Shown here: positions 9,535 to 19,917 of the stretch, one piece after another
How the letters are laid out: every line of letters begins with the position of its first letter
Position numbering within the stretch: position 1 is the first letter of the stretch
NCBI GenBank assembly: GCA_963707505.1
Contig: CAVPQB010000001.1
Span: forward strand, 64,001 to 128,000
DNA length: 64,000 nt
DNA from: an uncultured Gemmatimonadales bacterium
GTDB lineage: Bacteria; Gemmatimonadota; Gemmatimonadetes; Gemmatimonadales; Gemmatimonadaceae
Reading direction: 5' to 3'
The notes under the pieces: model-generated
The model's input: the letters and a program-made list of their open reading frames with translations, nothing else
What the model was told of the DNA's origin: nothing
Databases searched by the model: none
Made by a program: the position numbers and the translations under genes

Positions 9535-12204
9535 TTACCGCCCCATCCAGTATGCAACCTTGACCAGGAACACGTTCGTCGGCTGAGCACGGAAGATCGC
9601 GCCCGCGTCGCGCGCGAGTGAAAAGTCGCCGATGGGCTCGAAACCATCGCGCTGTTGCTGCCAGACAAAGAACAGCGTGGAGCCAGGCCGGTATTCCCAA
9701 CGCAGCACCGCGTCACCGTGAAGGCTCCGAATGTTGAAGTTGGGATCGCCGATCGCGAACGCCGGCGCGGCTCCGGCACCATCGGGATCGATGGTGTAAC
9801 CCGACGCGGTACGCGTGATCGTTCCGACGTCCTTGCCGTACTCGTCGAACGTGTAGCTGCGCGGTGCGCGCAGTTGTTTGAACGACGCATACTTGCCTGT
9901 CGACAGGAACGGCTGTGCATACAGCTGCAGCGTGAGCTCCGACGTGAATGTCCAGTCCAGACGTGTGTCCATCGCGAGCGTGGACTGACTCAGGTTCGCG
10001 AACACGTAGCGCCGGCCGAACGTTGTCGTGGCGAGTGAATCGGACACGGCGCGGACATACTGACCGGTGCCGTGCACCACGTCCATGCTTGGGCCGAGGT
10101 TCACGTGTATGAAGGAAGTCGGCCGCATGTCCAGGCTGAGCGAGAGGGTGCGCTCCGTCGCACCCGATGCGTCACCGCGCAGCGACAGACTCGGAGATAC
10201 CGTTATGAGCCGCCGAGTGTCGGAGTTTGCGCTCAGGTCAACTGACCACGAATGGGGAGTGAGCATCAGCGGGCCGCCGCGCGTGAGGCGGTTGTCGTAA
10301 TATGTGGGATTGTCGGTAGCGAAAAGACTCACTCCCCACATGTTCGTGAATGTCGCGCCTGTACTGAGGTACGGTGACTGAAAGATCGACGTGCCATCGT
10401 AGCTCCACGCACTGGTGGTGCCGCCACCGATGTACTTGGAGCGAAAGATCCTGTCAGCGTTCGAAGTCTGATAGCCGAATCCAGTCGACGCGCTGCGGTA
10501 ATCGACACGCGACTGGAAGCCGATGTCGTTCATCTCGAATCCCGGCGACACGTCCTTGAGCGCGACCGATGCGTACCACGTTCCGCGCTTCGCCAGCGCG
10601 ATCTCGCTCATGTGCCCGGTCAGTGACGTGAGCGTTGGATCGAAGTGCAGATACTTTGCGTCGGGCTGCTGGTAATACCGTGCACTGCTCAACTGCGTCG
10701 CGGCTATGGCCTTTGCAGTGCCGGTGACCTGGCTTTCCGATACGTAACCACTGACCACCCACGCCCGGTTGGCCCAGGCATGCTCGAAGTCCAGTCCGCC
10801 GACCGTTCCACGTCCGCGCAGGTTGGCGGCGAGTGAGCTGTCGCCGAGCGATCGGTCGACCGAGCTGATCATTGCGCCGATCACGGTATTGCCAGCTCGG
10901 AAATCCCGGCGCACCCGCCCCACGAGATAATTGGTGCGCGGCTCGACCGGTTGGGTGCTCCGCGCACCCGACGTCGTCATCACATCCGCGTCTTCCTCGT
11001 TCGTGAGTGCGTCGAGCAGGCCGATCGTCCAACCCGCGGTCTTGCCGGTGACCTTGGCCGCACCGAGTATCGTCGACTGTGACGGCGCATCGACGTAGGC
11101 GATGTTCGGACCTCCCGCACTACCCTGCGGCGCGCGACCTATGCGACGTGAGTAGAAGTAGTACTGCGAGTTGTAATCGTTGCTGCGCTGTACCGTGCCG
11201 AAGGCGAAGATGTCGGAGCCTTCGAGAAAGAATGGTCGCTTCTCCGGAAAGAAAGTTTCGAACGCTGTGAGATTGACGACTGCGGGATCGACCTCGACCT
11301 GACCGAAATCCGGATTGACCGTACCAGTCAGAGTGAGTCCGTTCGAGAGACCGTACTTGACGTCCGCGCCCGCGGCGAACTTGGTGTCGTTGGATCTGAA
11401 GAACGGATTCGCGGAAGTCCCGGGCGCGCGAGTCAGTCCGGCACTCACGTATGGAAGAATCTCGAGGCGGCGTGGCGCTGGAATACTATCTACACCGGTA
11501 AGCTCGCCAAACGCCGATACGAATCCGGGGCTTTGCTGCGTCCATGGTGCCCAGCTGTCGCGCTCATTGCGGCGCGCGATGTCGCGCATGATCTGAATGT
11601 CCCAGATGCGCCCACCGACGGGCTCGGTCGACGAAAAGCGCAGCTGCGAGAATGGAATGCGATACTCCGCGACCCATCCGAGCGAGTCGACGCGCGTCGC
11701 GACGTCCCACACGGCGTCCCAGTTGACGTCCTCGCTGTTGTCATTGTATTCGAGCACGTCCTTCTTCACGCCGAGCGGGTTTACGGAGAAACGGTATGCG
11801 GTACGATGGTCGTAGTAGGTACCGACCATCAGATGCAGCCAGTCCGAGTAGATCCCTGTTGCGTCGCGACGCGCCAACTGTGCTGCTATCAGCTTTGGCT
11901 CCGAGTCGAACATGCGGACGCCGACGTACAGGGCGTTGTCGTCGTACAGCACTCGCACTTCAGTGCGGTTCGGCGGCTGGCTGTTGACGTTCGGGTAGCT
12001 CTCCATGAAGCCGTCCGCGACCGGCGCCCTGTTCCAGTCGGCCTCGTCAAGCACCCCGTCGATGTGGATCGTGCCTGTCGCACGTACAGCCCTCATCGAC
12101 CGGACGCTCCTGCTCACCTGGCGAGCGTTGTCGGACTGCGCGACAATCGTGGGAGCGGCCAGGAGGAGCGCGGGCATGGCGATGGACAGGATGCGAGCGT
12201 TCAT
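9535..12204 (-). CDS. DUF5916-type outer-membrane protein with N-terminal CBM9-like domain
   Basis: Signal peptide from MNARILS; IDGVLDEADW, YDDNALYV, WVAEYRIPFSQLRF, TVNPDFGQVEVD, FFPEKRPFFLEG; C-terminal LVKVAYW. Confidence 0.88.
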   Translation of the reverse strand: MNARILSIAMPALLLAAPTIVAQSDNARQVSRSVRSMRAVRATGTIHIDGVLDEADWNRAPVADGFMESYPNVNSQPPNRTEVRVLYDDNALYVGVRMFDSEPKLIAAQLARRDATGIYSDWLHLMVGTYYDHRTAYRFSVNPLGVKKDVLEYNDNSEDVNWDAVWDVATRVDSLGWVAEYRIPFSQLRFSSTEPVGGRIWDIQIMRDIARRNERDSWAPWTQQSPGFVSAFGELTGVDSIPAPRRLEILPYVSAGLTRAPGTSANPFFRSNDTKFAAGADVKYGLSNGLTLTGTVNPDFGQVEVDPAVVNLTAFETFFPEKRPFFLEGSDIFAFGTVQRSNDYNSQYYFYSRRIGRAPQGSAGGPNIAYVDAPSQSTILGAAKVTGKTAGWTIGLLDALTNEEDADVMTTSGARSTQPVEPRTNYLVGRVRRDFRAGNTVIGAMISSVDRSLGDSSLAANLRGRGTVGGLDFEHAWANRAWVVSGYVSESQVTGTAKAIAATQLSSARYYQQPDAKYLHFDPTLTSLTGHMSEIALAKRGTWYASVALKDVSPGFEMNDIGFQSRVDYRSASTGFGYQTSNADRIFRSKYIGGGTTSAWSYDGTSIFQSPYLSTGATFTNMWGVSLFATDNPTYYDNRLTRGGPLMLTPHSWSVDLSANSDTRRLITVSPSLSLRGDASGATERTLSLSLDMRPTSFIHVNLGPSMDVVHGTGQYVRAVSDSLATTTFGRRYVFANLSQSTLAMDTRLDWTFTSELTLQLYAQPFLSTGKYASFKQLRAPRSYTFDEYGKDVGTITRTASGYTIDPDGAGAAPAFAIGDPNFNIRSLHGDAVLRWEYRPGSTLFFVWQQQRDGFEPIGDFSLARDAGAIFRAQPTNVFLVKVAYWMGR

Positions 12205-12328
12205 GAGGTGCAGTTGCGAGACGTGCGGAGGTGCGCGGCCGCCAGAGGCTGCCGCGCACGGGATATCTCTTGGATGCCAGGAATGGTCAAACGGTTTATC
12301 CCGGAGGCGCTTGGGTCCTGAAATACTC

Positions 12329-12366
12329 CGCGGCGACATTTTGATCCCCATCGAAGTGTCGCCGCG
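12329..12366. promoter_or_regulatory. 17-bp inverted repeat (candidate operator or RNA hairpin)
   Basis: CGCGGCGACATTTTGAT-CCCC-ATCGAAGTGTCGCCGCG; 15 Watson-Crick pairs plus 2 G-T pairs. Confidence 0.6.
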
Positions 12367-12389
12367 ATGGTGTCTCTACATTTCCCCAT

Positions 12390-12860
12390 GTGCGTGTCAG
12401 CGAACCATGGTCCGAGCCGATCAGCCGGCGGGAAGCGATCGCAACCGGCGCAGCGATGCTGGCCCTGTTGAAGCTTCACCGGCATGTACTGTCAACACCG
12501 CAAACCACGGGAGTATCAGTGACAATTGCCTGCTTCATCCGCTACCAGATCGATCCGTTTCAGCGTGACGCGTTCAGAACATATGCCGAGAACTGGGGGC
12601 GGATCATCCCCAGGTGCGGCGGCCACCTGATTGGATACTTTCTTCCGCACGAAGGCACGAACGATATCGGGTGGGGCCTCATCGCATTCGACAGTCTCGC
12701 CTCGTACGAGAAGTACAAGGCGCGTCTCAAGACCGATCAGGAATCGCGTGACAACTTTCTCATGGCGCAGAGCAAGCGCTTCATCCTGCGTGAAGAGCGC
12801 AACTTTGTCGAAGTCGTCGACGGAACGTTCAACGTTCCATCAACGCTTACCGGTGCTTGA
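12390..12860 (+). CDS. NIPSNAP family protein (alternative start 12519)
   Basis: [48 protein letters not shown]. Confidence 0.88.
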   Translation: MRVSEPWSEPISRREAIATGAAMLALLKLHRHVLSTPQTTGVSVTIACFIRYQIDPFQRDAFRTYAENWGRIIPRCGGHLIGYFLPHEGTNDIGWGLIAFDSLASYEKYKARLKTDQESRDNFLMAQSKRFILREERNFVEVVDGTFNVPSTLTGA

Positions 12861-12871
12861 CAGCGTAGCGT

Positions 12872-14287
12872 TTACGATGCCGGCGGCGTGACGACAAAGG
12901 AAGATCCATCGACGCTGATCGTCCACCCGGGCATGAGCACGAGCGTCCAGCCGTTGCCGTTGATGGTAGTCGTCTGCTTCACGACGCCAGGCTCGAGATG
13001 TACATCGCCGAGCGATACGCGCAGCTCGGTCCACGATTGATTGATGAGCGCGCCGGATGGTGCGGAGAGCGATGCACCATCCGCGCTCTTCCACGCAAGA
13101 TTCGCCATCACCGTCCCCGACGCGCCGAGCGAAGCCTGGCCGCGCGGGTTGAAGCTCACGTTGAGTGAGTGTGGCCGGAGTCGCACTGTGGGACTGTCGA
13201 GAAATTCCTTACGGTACGCGGCGAGTTCGCGCTCGCGATTCGCCCATCGGATGTTCTCTTCGGCGACGATCGCCGGACCGCCGTAGATCTGAGCCCGGGA
13301 GTGTGCGGCTTGTGTGACCGCTGGCGACACGGCTGTCCCGGCTGTTGCCATGAGTGCTGTCCGGACGAGCGATTCAGCCGGAAATTTCCGCGCTGCAATC
13401 GCACTGGCGAGCATCGACTGCAAATCAGGATGACTCCTGAGCGAGCGGTGCCAGCGCCCATTGGTGTAGTCGTCGAGCAGCATCGCGTACGCAGGCCCGG
13501 TGAAGTACTCGAAGGCGCGAACGAACGACGGAAGCGTCGTCGGTGCGGAATCCACTGATGCAATGAACGACGCACGCGGCGAGTTGGATAGCTTCCAGCC
13601 AGTGTATTCCGGAATGCCTTCCTTCACGTCCAGCGCTCGCTCGCGCGTTATTTCATCGGGAGACGCGATGGCGTAGCGCGCTGCACGAAACAGAAGAGCG
13701 TCGTGCACCGCACTGTCGCGCCTCGCACCACTGCTACGCAGCGCTGTCGCGAGCGCCTTCCATTCCAGACGCAGCCAGGAGCGGCCGGACGCTTCGTCCA
13801 ACAGTCCCGAGCCGGCGCCGGTCTCTTCATACGACGGTGCCGGCAACACGGCTGGTTGCAGCACGTGCATCGCTTCGTGAATCAGCAAGCGTTCAGCACC
13901 AAGCGTGTCGCCATATACGGGAAGCAGCACCATGGCCCAGTGGCGACCGGCCCACGTTACCGAAGTATTCGACGGCGTTATCGTCGCAGGCAGCGGGCCC
14001 TGCCAGACACCGCGCGTCTGAGTGTATCCGACCACACCGACGGGGGCGCTCGTGAGTAGAATCGTCTTGCCGCTGACACCCAGCCATGGGACCGAATCGA
14101 GCCGCGATCCCCATAGCTTGCCGGCATCGCGCGCCAACGCCGACTTTGCACGCATCGTCGCATCGTGAAACGCATCGATCGAGCTATCGGGAAGCTGCGC
14201 CGGCAATGTACTCGCGACTGTGGTCACGCAGACAATCGTGAGGACGACGAGGTTTGTGACGCGCGCAACAGCGGATGTGTATTTCAT
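12872..14287 (-). CDS. Secreted hypothetical protein, putative gluzincin-like metallopeptidase
   Basis: Signal peptide from MKYTSAV; LIHEAMH plus downstream EGIPEY. Confidence 0.7.
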   Translation of the reverse strand: MKYTSAVARVTNLVVLTIVCVTTVASTLPAQLPDSSIDAFHDATMRAKSALARDAGKLWGSRLDSVPWLGVSGKTILLTSAPVGVVGYTQTRGVWQGPLPATITPSNTSVTWAGRHWAMVLLPVYGDTLGAERLLIHEAMHVLQPAVLPAPSYEETGAGSGLLDEASGRSWLRLEWKALATALRSSGARRDSAVHDALLFRAARYAIASPDEITRERALDVKEGIPEYTGWKLSNSPRASFIASVDSAPTTLPSFVRAFEYFTGPAYAMLLDDYTNGRWHRSLRSHPDLQSMLASAIAARKFPAESLVRTALMATAGTAVSPAVTQAAHSRAQIYGGPAIVAEENIRWANRERELAAYRKEFLDSPTVRLRPHSLNVSFNPRGQASLGASGTVMANLAWKSADGASLSAPSGALINQSWTELRVSLGDVHLEPGVVKQTTTINGNGWTLVLMPGWTISVDGSSFVVTPPAS

Positions 14288-14324
14288 TGCTCGGCCGGGG
14301 TGATTGTAGACGCTGCCGACAGCG

Positions 14325-15734
14325 TCACGCGAATACCGCACGCCGCTTCCATACCCCACTCTTCCAAATTAGCGCCATCGCGAGACCGCGAGCCGCCGCC
14401 GTCAGCACGATCACCCACCACACACCGACGATTCCGAATCGTGCCGCGGCCCATATCGCGAGCGGAACTCGCAGCGCCGTCAACGTGGTCGAGGTAAGCA
14501 TTGGCGGGAGCGTGGTTCCCGACCCTCCCAATGCCGCTTCCAATACTATCTCGGCGCCGAGGAACATGTTCGACAACGCGCTGATTCGCAGATACTCGGC
14601 GCCGATTATCTGCGTCGCCGGATCATTCGTGAAGATCCCTGCAAAGTCGGGTGCGATGGTGAGCTCGAGTATGCTGAGTATCACCGCGGGCACCATTACG
14701 TATCCAACGGTGATCCACCCGCTGTTCTCCGCTCTCCTGATTTCGCCTGCTCCGAGATTCTGACCCACGATCGCAGCCACCGCAGCGCCGAAGCCGAGGC
14801 TGATGGTGTAGAGCCAGCTCTCGACGCGATGACCGATTCCGAGCGCGGCCAGTGCCGCGGTTCCGAAGGGCGCGATGCTGCGTGTAAGCACTATGTAGAT
14901 GAGCGAGAATACAACACCCGTCATCGCTGTCGGTAAGCCGACGCGTGTGATCGCAGCGATCGTCGCGCGCCGCACACGTCCGAAGCTGACCATGCGGCGC
15001 TTGTACAGAACAACCACACCCAACCCGAACGCCAACGTGCGCGTTATCGCCGTCGCGATGGCGGCGCCTTCGATTCCAAGCTTTGGCGCGGGACCGAGAC
15101 CGAGTATCAGAATCGGATCGAGGATCATGGTAACAGCGATCGACACACTGAGGATGGCAAGCGGGGTTCGTGTGTCGCCGCTTGCACGAAATCCGGCGTC
15201 GACGGCGAAGAAGCCAAAGAAGAGCGGGGCGCCGAGCAGATAGGTGCCCAGATAGCGGCGCCCGAGGGCCGCGATCTCCGGCTCGACGTTCATCGCCGAG
15301 AATAGATGATCCAGCAGCAGCGTTCCGAAGAGGGCGACAGCCGAGCCAAGGACGATCGAATACACCATCGCCTCACCGACGACGCGCGAGGCCTCTTGAG
15401 GATTGCGCTCGCCGTGCCGCCGGGCTGCAAGGGACGTAAGACCGATGCTCACCAGCTCCGCGATCGAGATGATGAGCCAGATCCAGAACACGCTCGCGGT
15501 CGCGGCGGCGAGCGCGACGGGGCCCAGAAAGCGGCCGATCCAGAGCAGATCGACCGTGAAGAACAGCGTCATGAGGAGCGTGGACGCGACCGCCGGCAAT
15601 CCCAGGCGCATTATCGTGCGCGCAAGCGGCTGGCGAACGAGACGGGCGTGCTCCCACTCACCGGTGATGGTGATCGGAGTGACGCCTTCTTCGTGCGATT
15701 CGAGGATTACCGAACGGTCGTCGGGCACGGGCAT
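14325..15734 (-). CDS. MATE family efflux transporter
   Basis: About 12 TM segments; RASGDTRTP, LDPILILG..LGIEGAAIAT, VGQNLGAG. Start at MPVPDD. Confidence 0.92.
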   Translation of the reverse strand: MPVPDDRSVILESHEEGVTPITITGEWEHARLVRQPLARTIMRLGLPAVASTLLMTLFFTVDLLWIGRFLGPVALAAATASVFWIWLIISIAELVSIGLTSLAARRHGERNPQEASRVVGEAMVYSIVLGSAVALFGTLLLDHLFSAMNVEPEIAALGRRYLGTYLLGAPLFFGFFAVDAGFRASGDTRTPLAILSVSIAVTMILDPILILGLGPAPKLGIEGAAIATAITRTLAFGLGVVVLYKRRMVSFGRVRRATIAAITRVGLPTAMTGVVFSLIYIVLTRSIAPFGTAALAALGIGHRVESWLYTISLGFGAAVAAIVGQNLGAGEIRRAENSGWITVGYVMVPAVILSILELTIAPDFAGIFTNDPATQIIGAEYLRISALSNMFLGAEIVLEAALGGSGTTLPPMLTSTTLTALRVPLAIWAAARFGIVGVWWVIVLTAAARGLAMALIWKSGVWKRRAVFA

Positions 15735-15768
15735 TGCCCAATCTATCGGGCTCTGCCAGGAGGCATGA

Positions 15769-16032
15769 ATGACGACGAAAAACAATCCATATGGCGACGG
15801 CGGCGGGACGCGTGTCGGCACGCCCGATACGCCGAAGCGCGATAACACCGACGGCGGCGGCGATGGCGGCAATCTCGGCGCCGGCAAGGAGTCCACCGGT
15901 GGCCTTTCGGAGCGTGGGAATCCAGCGGACGCCACGCACCAGCCGGCGGAATCTCCACGGCGTAAGGCGGATAAGGGCTCAGGGTACGGCGGGACTCGCG
16001 GGGACCCAAAGACCGACGCCGGCCAGAAGTGA
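15769..16032 (+). CDS. Small Gly-rich hydrophilic protein (87 aa)
   Basis: AGGAGG 5 nt before ATG; fills the gap between MATE and the dioxygenase; no hydrophobic core. Confidence 0.65.
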   Translation: MTTKNNPYGDGGGTRVGTPDTPKRDNTDGGGDGGNLGAGKESTGGLSERGNPADATHQPAESPRRKADKGSGYGGTRGDPKTDAGQK

Positions 16033-16121
16033 GGCGTTGGTGAGGCGTTGGTGTGGCGCGGATGCATCCGCGCCATTCCTCGCGTTCGGGCCCTGACACC
16101 GGACCGGGTAAATTTCGGCAG

Positions 16122-17099
16122 ATGCTCGCTCCATCAGGGATTCACCACGTAACCGCGATCGCCAGCGATCCGCAGCGCAATATCGACTTCTACGCGGGAG
16201 TCCTTGGGCTCAGGCTGGTCAAGCGAACGGTAAACTTCGACGATCCGACCACATATCACTTCTATTTCGGTGATGAGATCGGCCGCCCCGGGACGCTGCT
16301 GACCTTCTTTCCGTGGCCCAATGCGCGTCGCGGACGTCAGGGCGCGGGCCAGGCAGCGGTCACATCGTTCGCCATCGTACCGGGATCGGTGGGATTCTGG
16401 CTCGAGCGATTGTTGAAGCAGCGTGTCGATTTCGAGCAGCCTGCCACGCGCTTCGACGGCGAGCGGGTCATCGCACTCAGGGATCCGGATGGACTGTTGC
16501 TCGAGCTGGTATCGCATCAGCGCGTCGAGCAGTGTGAGTTGCCCGCGGAGGCGGACACCGACATCCAGGTTCCATCGGAGCACCGGATCCGTGGCGTTTA
16601 TGCGGTGACGTTGTGGCAGGACGGTCAACAGCACACAGCCGATCTGCTCACGTCATCGCTCGGATTCCGTCTCGCGCGCGAACAGGGAAGCATCTTCCGC
16701 TACACGTCGGACGAGAGCAGACCGGGCTCGATTGTTGATCTCAGAATCGTTCCTGGGCTGTGGCCCGGCGTGATGGGCGCAGGAACGGTACATCACGTTG
16801 CGTTTCGCGCGACTGACGACCGTACGCAGCTGAACATGCGCGACGAGCTCGAATCGGGCGGATACAACGTGACGCCGGCTCTCGATCGCGATTACTTCAA
16901 GTCGGTTTATTTTCGCGAGCCTGGCGGCGTGCTCTTTGAAATCGCAACTGATGGACCCGGCTTCACCGTCGATGAGCCCGCAACTTCACTCGGCCGCGCA
17001 CTCAAACTTCCGGCGTGGCTCGAGTCACGCCGGTTCGAGATCGAAGCGCTTCTTCCAAACATCCACCTACCGATCGACCTCCCCGGGCCGAACGCGTAG
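16122..17099 (+). CDS. Ring-cleaving dioxygenase (VOC, MhqA/MhqO-like)
   Basis: GIHHVTAIA, LVKRTVNFDDP..YHFYFGD, GTVHHVAFR, DRDYFKSVYFREPGGVLFEIATDGPGF. Confidence 0.92.
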   Translation: MLAPSGIHHVTAIASDPQRNIDFYAGVLGLRLVKRTVNFDDPTTYHFYFGDEIGRPGTLLTFFPWPNARRGRQGAGQAAVTSFAIVPGSVGFWLERLLKQRVDFEQPATRFDGERVIALRDPDGLLLELVSHQRVEQCELPAEADTDIQVPSEHRIRGVYAVTLWQDGQQHTADLLTSSLGFRLAREQGSIFRYTSDESRPGSIVDLRIVPGLWPGVMGAGTVHHVAFRATDDRTQLNMRDELESGGYNVTPALDRDYFKSVYFREPGGVLFEIATDGPGFTVDEPATSLGRALKLPAWLESRRFEIEALLPNIHLPIDLPGPNA

Positions 17100-17166
17100 C
17101 ATCTCACAGCATCTCGCAGTACCTCCAGCAGCATATCAATCTTCGACCAAATAGAGCGACGTACAG

Positions 17167-19176
17167 ATGACAGACAAGACTCCAGTGGAACTCGAGAAGG
17201 CGTGCATCGATGCAATTCGCGTTCTCGCCATGGATGCCGTGCAGAAGGCGGATTCCGGCCACCCAGGGACGCCGATGGCGCTCGCACCGCTCGCATACGT
17301 GTTATGGACGCGCCACATACGATACAATCCCGCCGATCCGCACTGGCCCAACCGTGACAGGTTCATCCTCTCGTGCGGCCACGCGTCGATGTTGCTGTAC
17401 AGCGTCTTCTATCTCACTGGCTACGATCTGTCGCTCGACGATATCAAGAATTTTCGTCAGCTGCACAGCAAGACTCCTGGACATCCCGAGTACGGACACA
17501 CACCCGGCGTCGAAACGACCACCGGCCCGCTTGGACAGGGATTCAGCAATGCAGTCGGAATGGCGATCGCTGAAGCACACACATCGACCGTGTTCAATCG
17601 CGCGCAGCGCATCATCGACCACTACACGTACTTCATCGCGAGTGACGGCGATCTCATGGAAGGGATCTCGAACGAAGCCGCATCTTTCGCAGGCCACAAC
17701 AAACTCGGCCGGTTGATCGGATTCTACGACGACAATCACATAACGATCGAAGGCAACACCGATCTCACGTTCAGCGACGACACGCGGCTGCGCTTCGAAG
17801 GCTACGGCTGGCACGTGCAGTTCGTCGGCGATGTGAAGAATCTGGATGCGCTGGACGAGGCAATCAAGCGCGCGAAGGCTGAAACCGAGCGTCCGTCGCT
17901 CATCATCATGCGCACGCACATCGGATACGGCAGTCCGAACAAGCAGGACACCTCCGCCGCACACGGCTCGCCGCTCGGCGTCGAGGAGATCAAGCTCACC
18001 AAGGAGAACCTTGGAATTCCGTCGCAGGAGCCGTTCTACGTGGATCCCGACGCGCTTGCATTCTGGCGACGCGCGGGACTCGCCGGTGCAGACGAACAGT
18101 CTGCGTGGAACAAGCTCTACGACCAGTGGAAGGCTGCGAACGCGGATCTGTGCGCTGAATTCGAGCGACGCGCAGGCGGTCATCTCAAGGATGGGTGGGA
18201 AGATCTGATTCCGACGTTCGATGCGAAAAACGGAAACGTCGCAACGCGATCTGCATCCGGCGCCGTGATCAATGCGATCGCACCGAAGATCCCGGAGCTG
18301 ATCGGAGGCTCGGCAGATCTCGCCAGCTCGACCGACACGATCGTGAAGGGCGCGCCGAGCTTCGGGCCGGGAAGTTACGAGGGCCGCAACTTCCATTTCG
18401 GAATACGCGAACATGGGATGGGCGGCGTCATGAACGGAATGGCGCTCTATGGCGGCATAATTCCGTACGGCGCGACGTTCCTGATATTCAGCGACTACAT
18501 GCGCCCACCAATGCGACTCGCATGCATGATGCGCCAGCGCCTCATCTACGTTTACACGCACGATTCGATCGGACTTGGCGAGGATGGCCCGACGCACCAG
18601 CCGATCGAGCAGTTGTCCAATCTGCGCGCGGTTCCGAACATGACCGTCATTCGTCCCGCGGACGCGAACGAAACGGCGGAAGCATGGCGTGCGGCGCTCA
18701 AGCTCGGAACGCCCGTGTGTCTGATACTCACCCGACAGAAGCTGCCATTCATCGACCGGACCAGGTACGCCGCTGCGAGCAACGTCGCGCGCGGTGCATA
18801 TGTGCTGGCCGATATTCGCGGTGGCGATCCGGAAGTTGTATTGCTGGCAAGCGGATCCGAGGTATCGATCATTCTTCAAGCGCAGGACACGCTCGCGCAA
18901 CAGGGGATTCGTGCGCGCGCCGTGAGCGTGCCGAGCATGGAGCTGTTCGCCCAACAGGATCAGGCATATCGCGATAGCGTGTTGCCACCCGGGATCAAAC
19001 GCGTCTCGATCGAGGCATCGCAACCGATGTCCTGGTACAAGTGGATCGGTGAGGGTGGAGTCGCCATCGGTCTCGACCATTTTGGTGCATCAGCGCCGTA
19101 TCAGGAGTTGTACAAGGAGTTCCACCTGACTCCGGAGAACGTCGTCGACACAGCGAAGTCGTTGCTCGGAAAGTGA
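17167..19176 (+). CDS. tkt: Transketolase
   Basis: [54 protein letters not shown]. Confidence 0.97.
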   Translation: MTDKTPVELEKACIDAIRVLAMDAVQKADSGHPGTPMALAPLAYVLWTRHIRYNPADPHWPNRDRFILSCGHASMLLYSVFYLTGYDLSLDDIKNFRQLHSKTPGHPEYGHTPGVETTTGPLGQGFSNAVGMAIAEAHTSTVFNRAQRIIDHYTYFIASDGDLMEGISNEAASFAGHNKLGRLIGFYDDNHITIEGNTDLTFSDDTRLRFEGYGWHVQFVGDVKNLDALDEAIKRAKAETERPSLIIMRTHIGYGSPNKQDTSAAHGSPLGVEEIKLTKENLGIPSQEPFYVDPDALAFWRRAGLAGADEQSAWNKLYDQWKAANADLCAEFERRAGGHLKDGWEDLIPTFDAKNGNVATRSASGAVINAIAPKIPELIGGSADLASSTDTIVKGAPSFGPGSYEGRNFHFGIREHGMGGVMNGMALYGGIIPYGATFLIFSDYMRPPMRLACMMRQRLIYVYTHDSIGLGEDGPTHQPIEQLSNLRAVPNMTVIRPADANETAEAWRAALKLGTPVCLILTRQKLPFIDRTRYAAASNVARGAYVLADIRGGDPEVVLLASGSEVSIILQAQDTLAQQGIRARAVSVPSMELFAQQDQAYRDSVLPPGIKRVSIEASQPMSWYKWIGEGGVAIGLDHFGASAPYQELYKEFHLTPENVVDTAKSLLGK

Positions 19177-19203
19177 CGGCTCGACGAGGCGTGGATTGAA
19201 CCG

Positions 19204-19845
19204 GTGAGCCAGCGCCGAGTGATCGATATCTCGGTGATGTTGTCCCCCGACACACCAGTGTGGCCGGGGGACACGCCGTTTTCATGTCTCTGGACGTGGA
19301 ACATGGACGAGGGATCGAGCGTGAACGTGAGCGCGGTGACATCGAGCCCGCACGCTGGTACGCACGCAGATACGCCGCTGCACGTAACGCGCGGTGCTGC
19401 GGGGTCTGAATCACTGGCGATCGAAGCTTTTCAGGGGCCGGCTGTCGTTGTGGACGTAACTGACCTCGCCGGCGAGATCGAGATCGAAGAGATCGATCGT
19501 CGCACGCACGGACACGCGGTGACGACACGCCTGCTGCTCAGGACCGGACGGAGCATCGCGAGTGGCGTATTTCCCGCGACCTGGCCGAGGTTGTCAGTCG
19601 ATTGTGCGCGGAATCTGGTAACGCGCGGCGTGGTTCTCGTCGGTATGGACTGCCCGTCCGCGGACGATCGGGAGAGCAAGACGCTGGACGTTCACCACGA
19701 ACTTCTGGACCGCGGTGTGTGCGTGCTGGAGAATCTGGATCTTCGGGAGGCCGAAGCCGGCGAATATGTGCTTGACGCATTGCCGATGAAGATCGCGGGA
19801 CTGGATGCGGCGCCGGTGCGGGCCGTGCTCGAGTTTCTGGAGTAG
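19204..19845 (+). CDS. Cyclase family protein / probable kynurenine formamidase (KynB-like)
   Basis: HAGTHADTPLH (HxGTHxDxPxH), LENLDL, DAAPVRAVL. Confidence 0.87.
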   Translation: MSQRRVIDISVMLSPDTPVWPGDTPFSCLWTWNMDEGSSVNVSAVTSSPHAGTHADTPLHVTRGAAGSESLAIEAFQGPAVVVDVTDLAGEIEIEEIDRRTHGHAVTTRLLLRTGRSIASGVFPATWPRLSVDCARNLVTRGVVLVGMDCPSADDRESKTLDVHHELLDRGVCVLENLDLREAEAGEYVLDALPMKIAGLDAAPVRAVLEFLE

Positions 19846-19917
19846 CGGATCCACATTCGCTGATGCTGCCGCGTTAGTGTTTGGATCACCGCTCGATTCA
19901 TCGCTTATTCTTGTTTC

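Noticed and set aside
17302..19080. 592-aa ORF antisense to tkt (likewise 26234-27535, 35018-36136, 35357-36088, 7865-8734)
   Set aside because: Shadow ORFs expected in GC-rich DNA; they overlap well-supported genes and show no family motifs.
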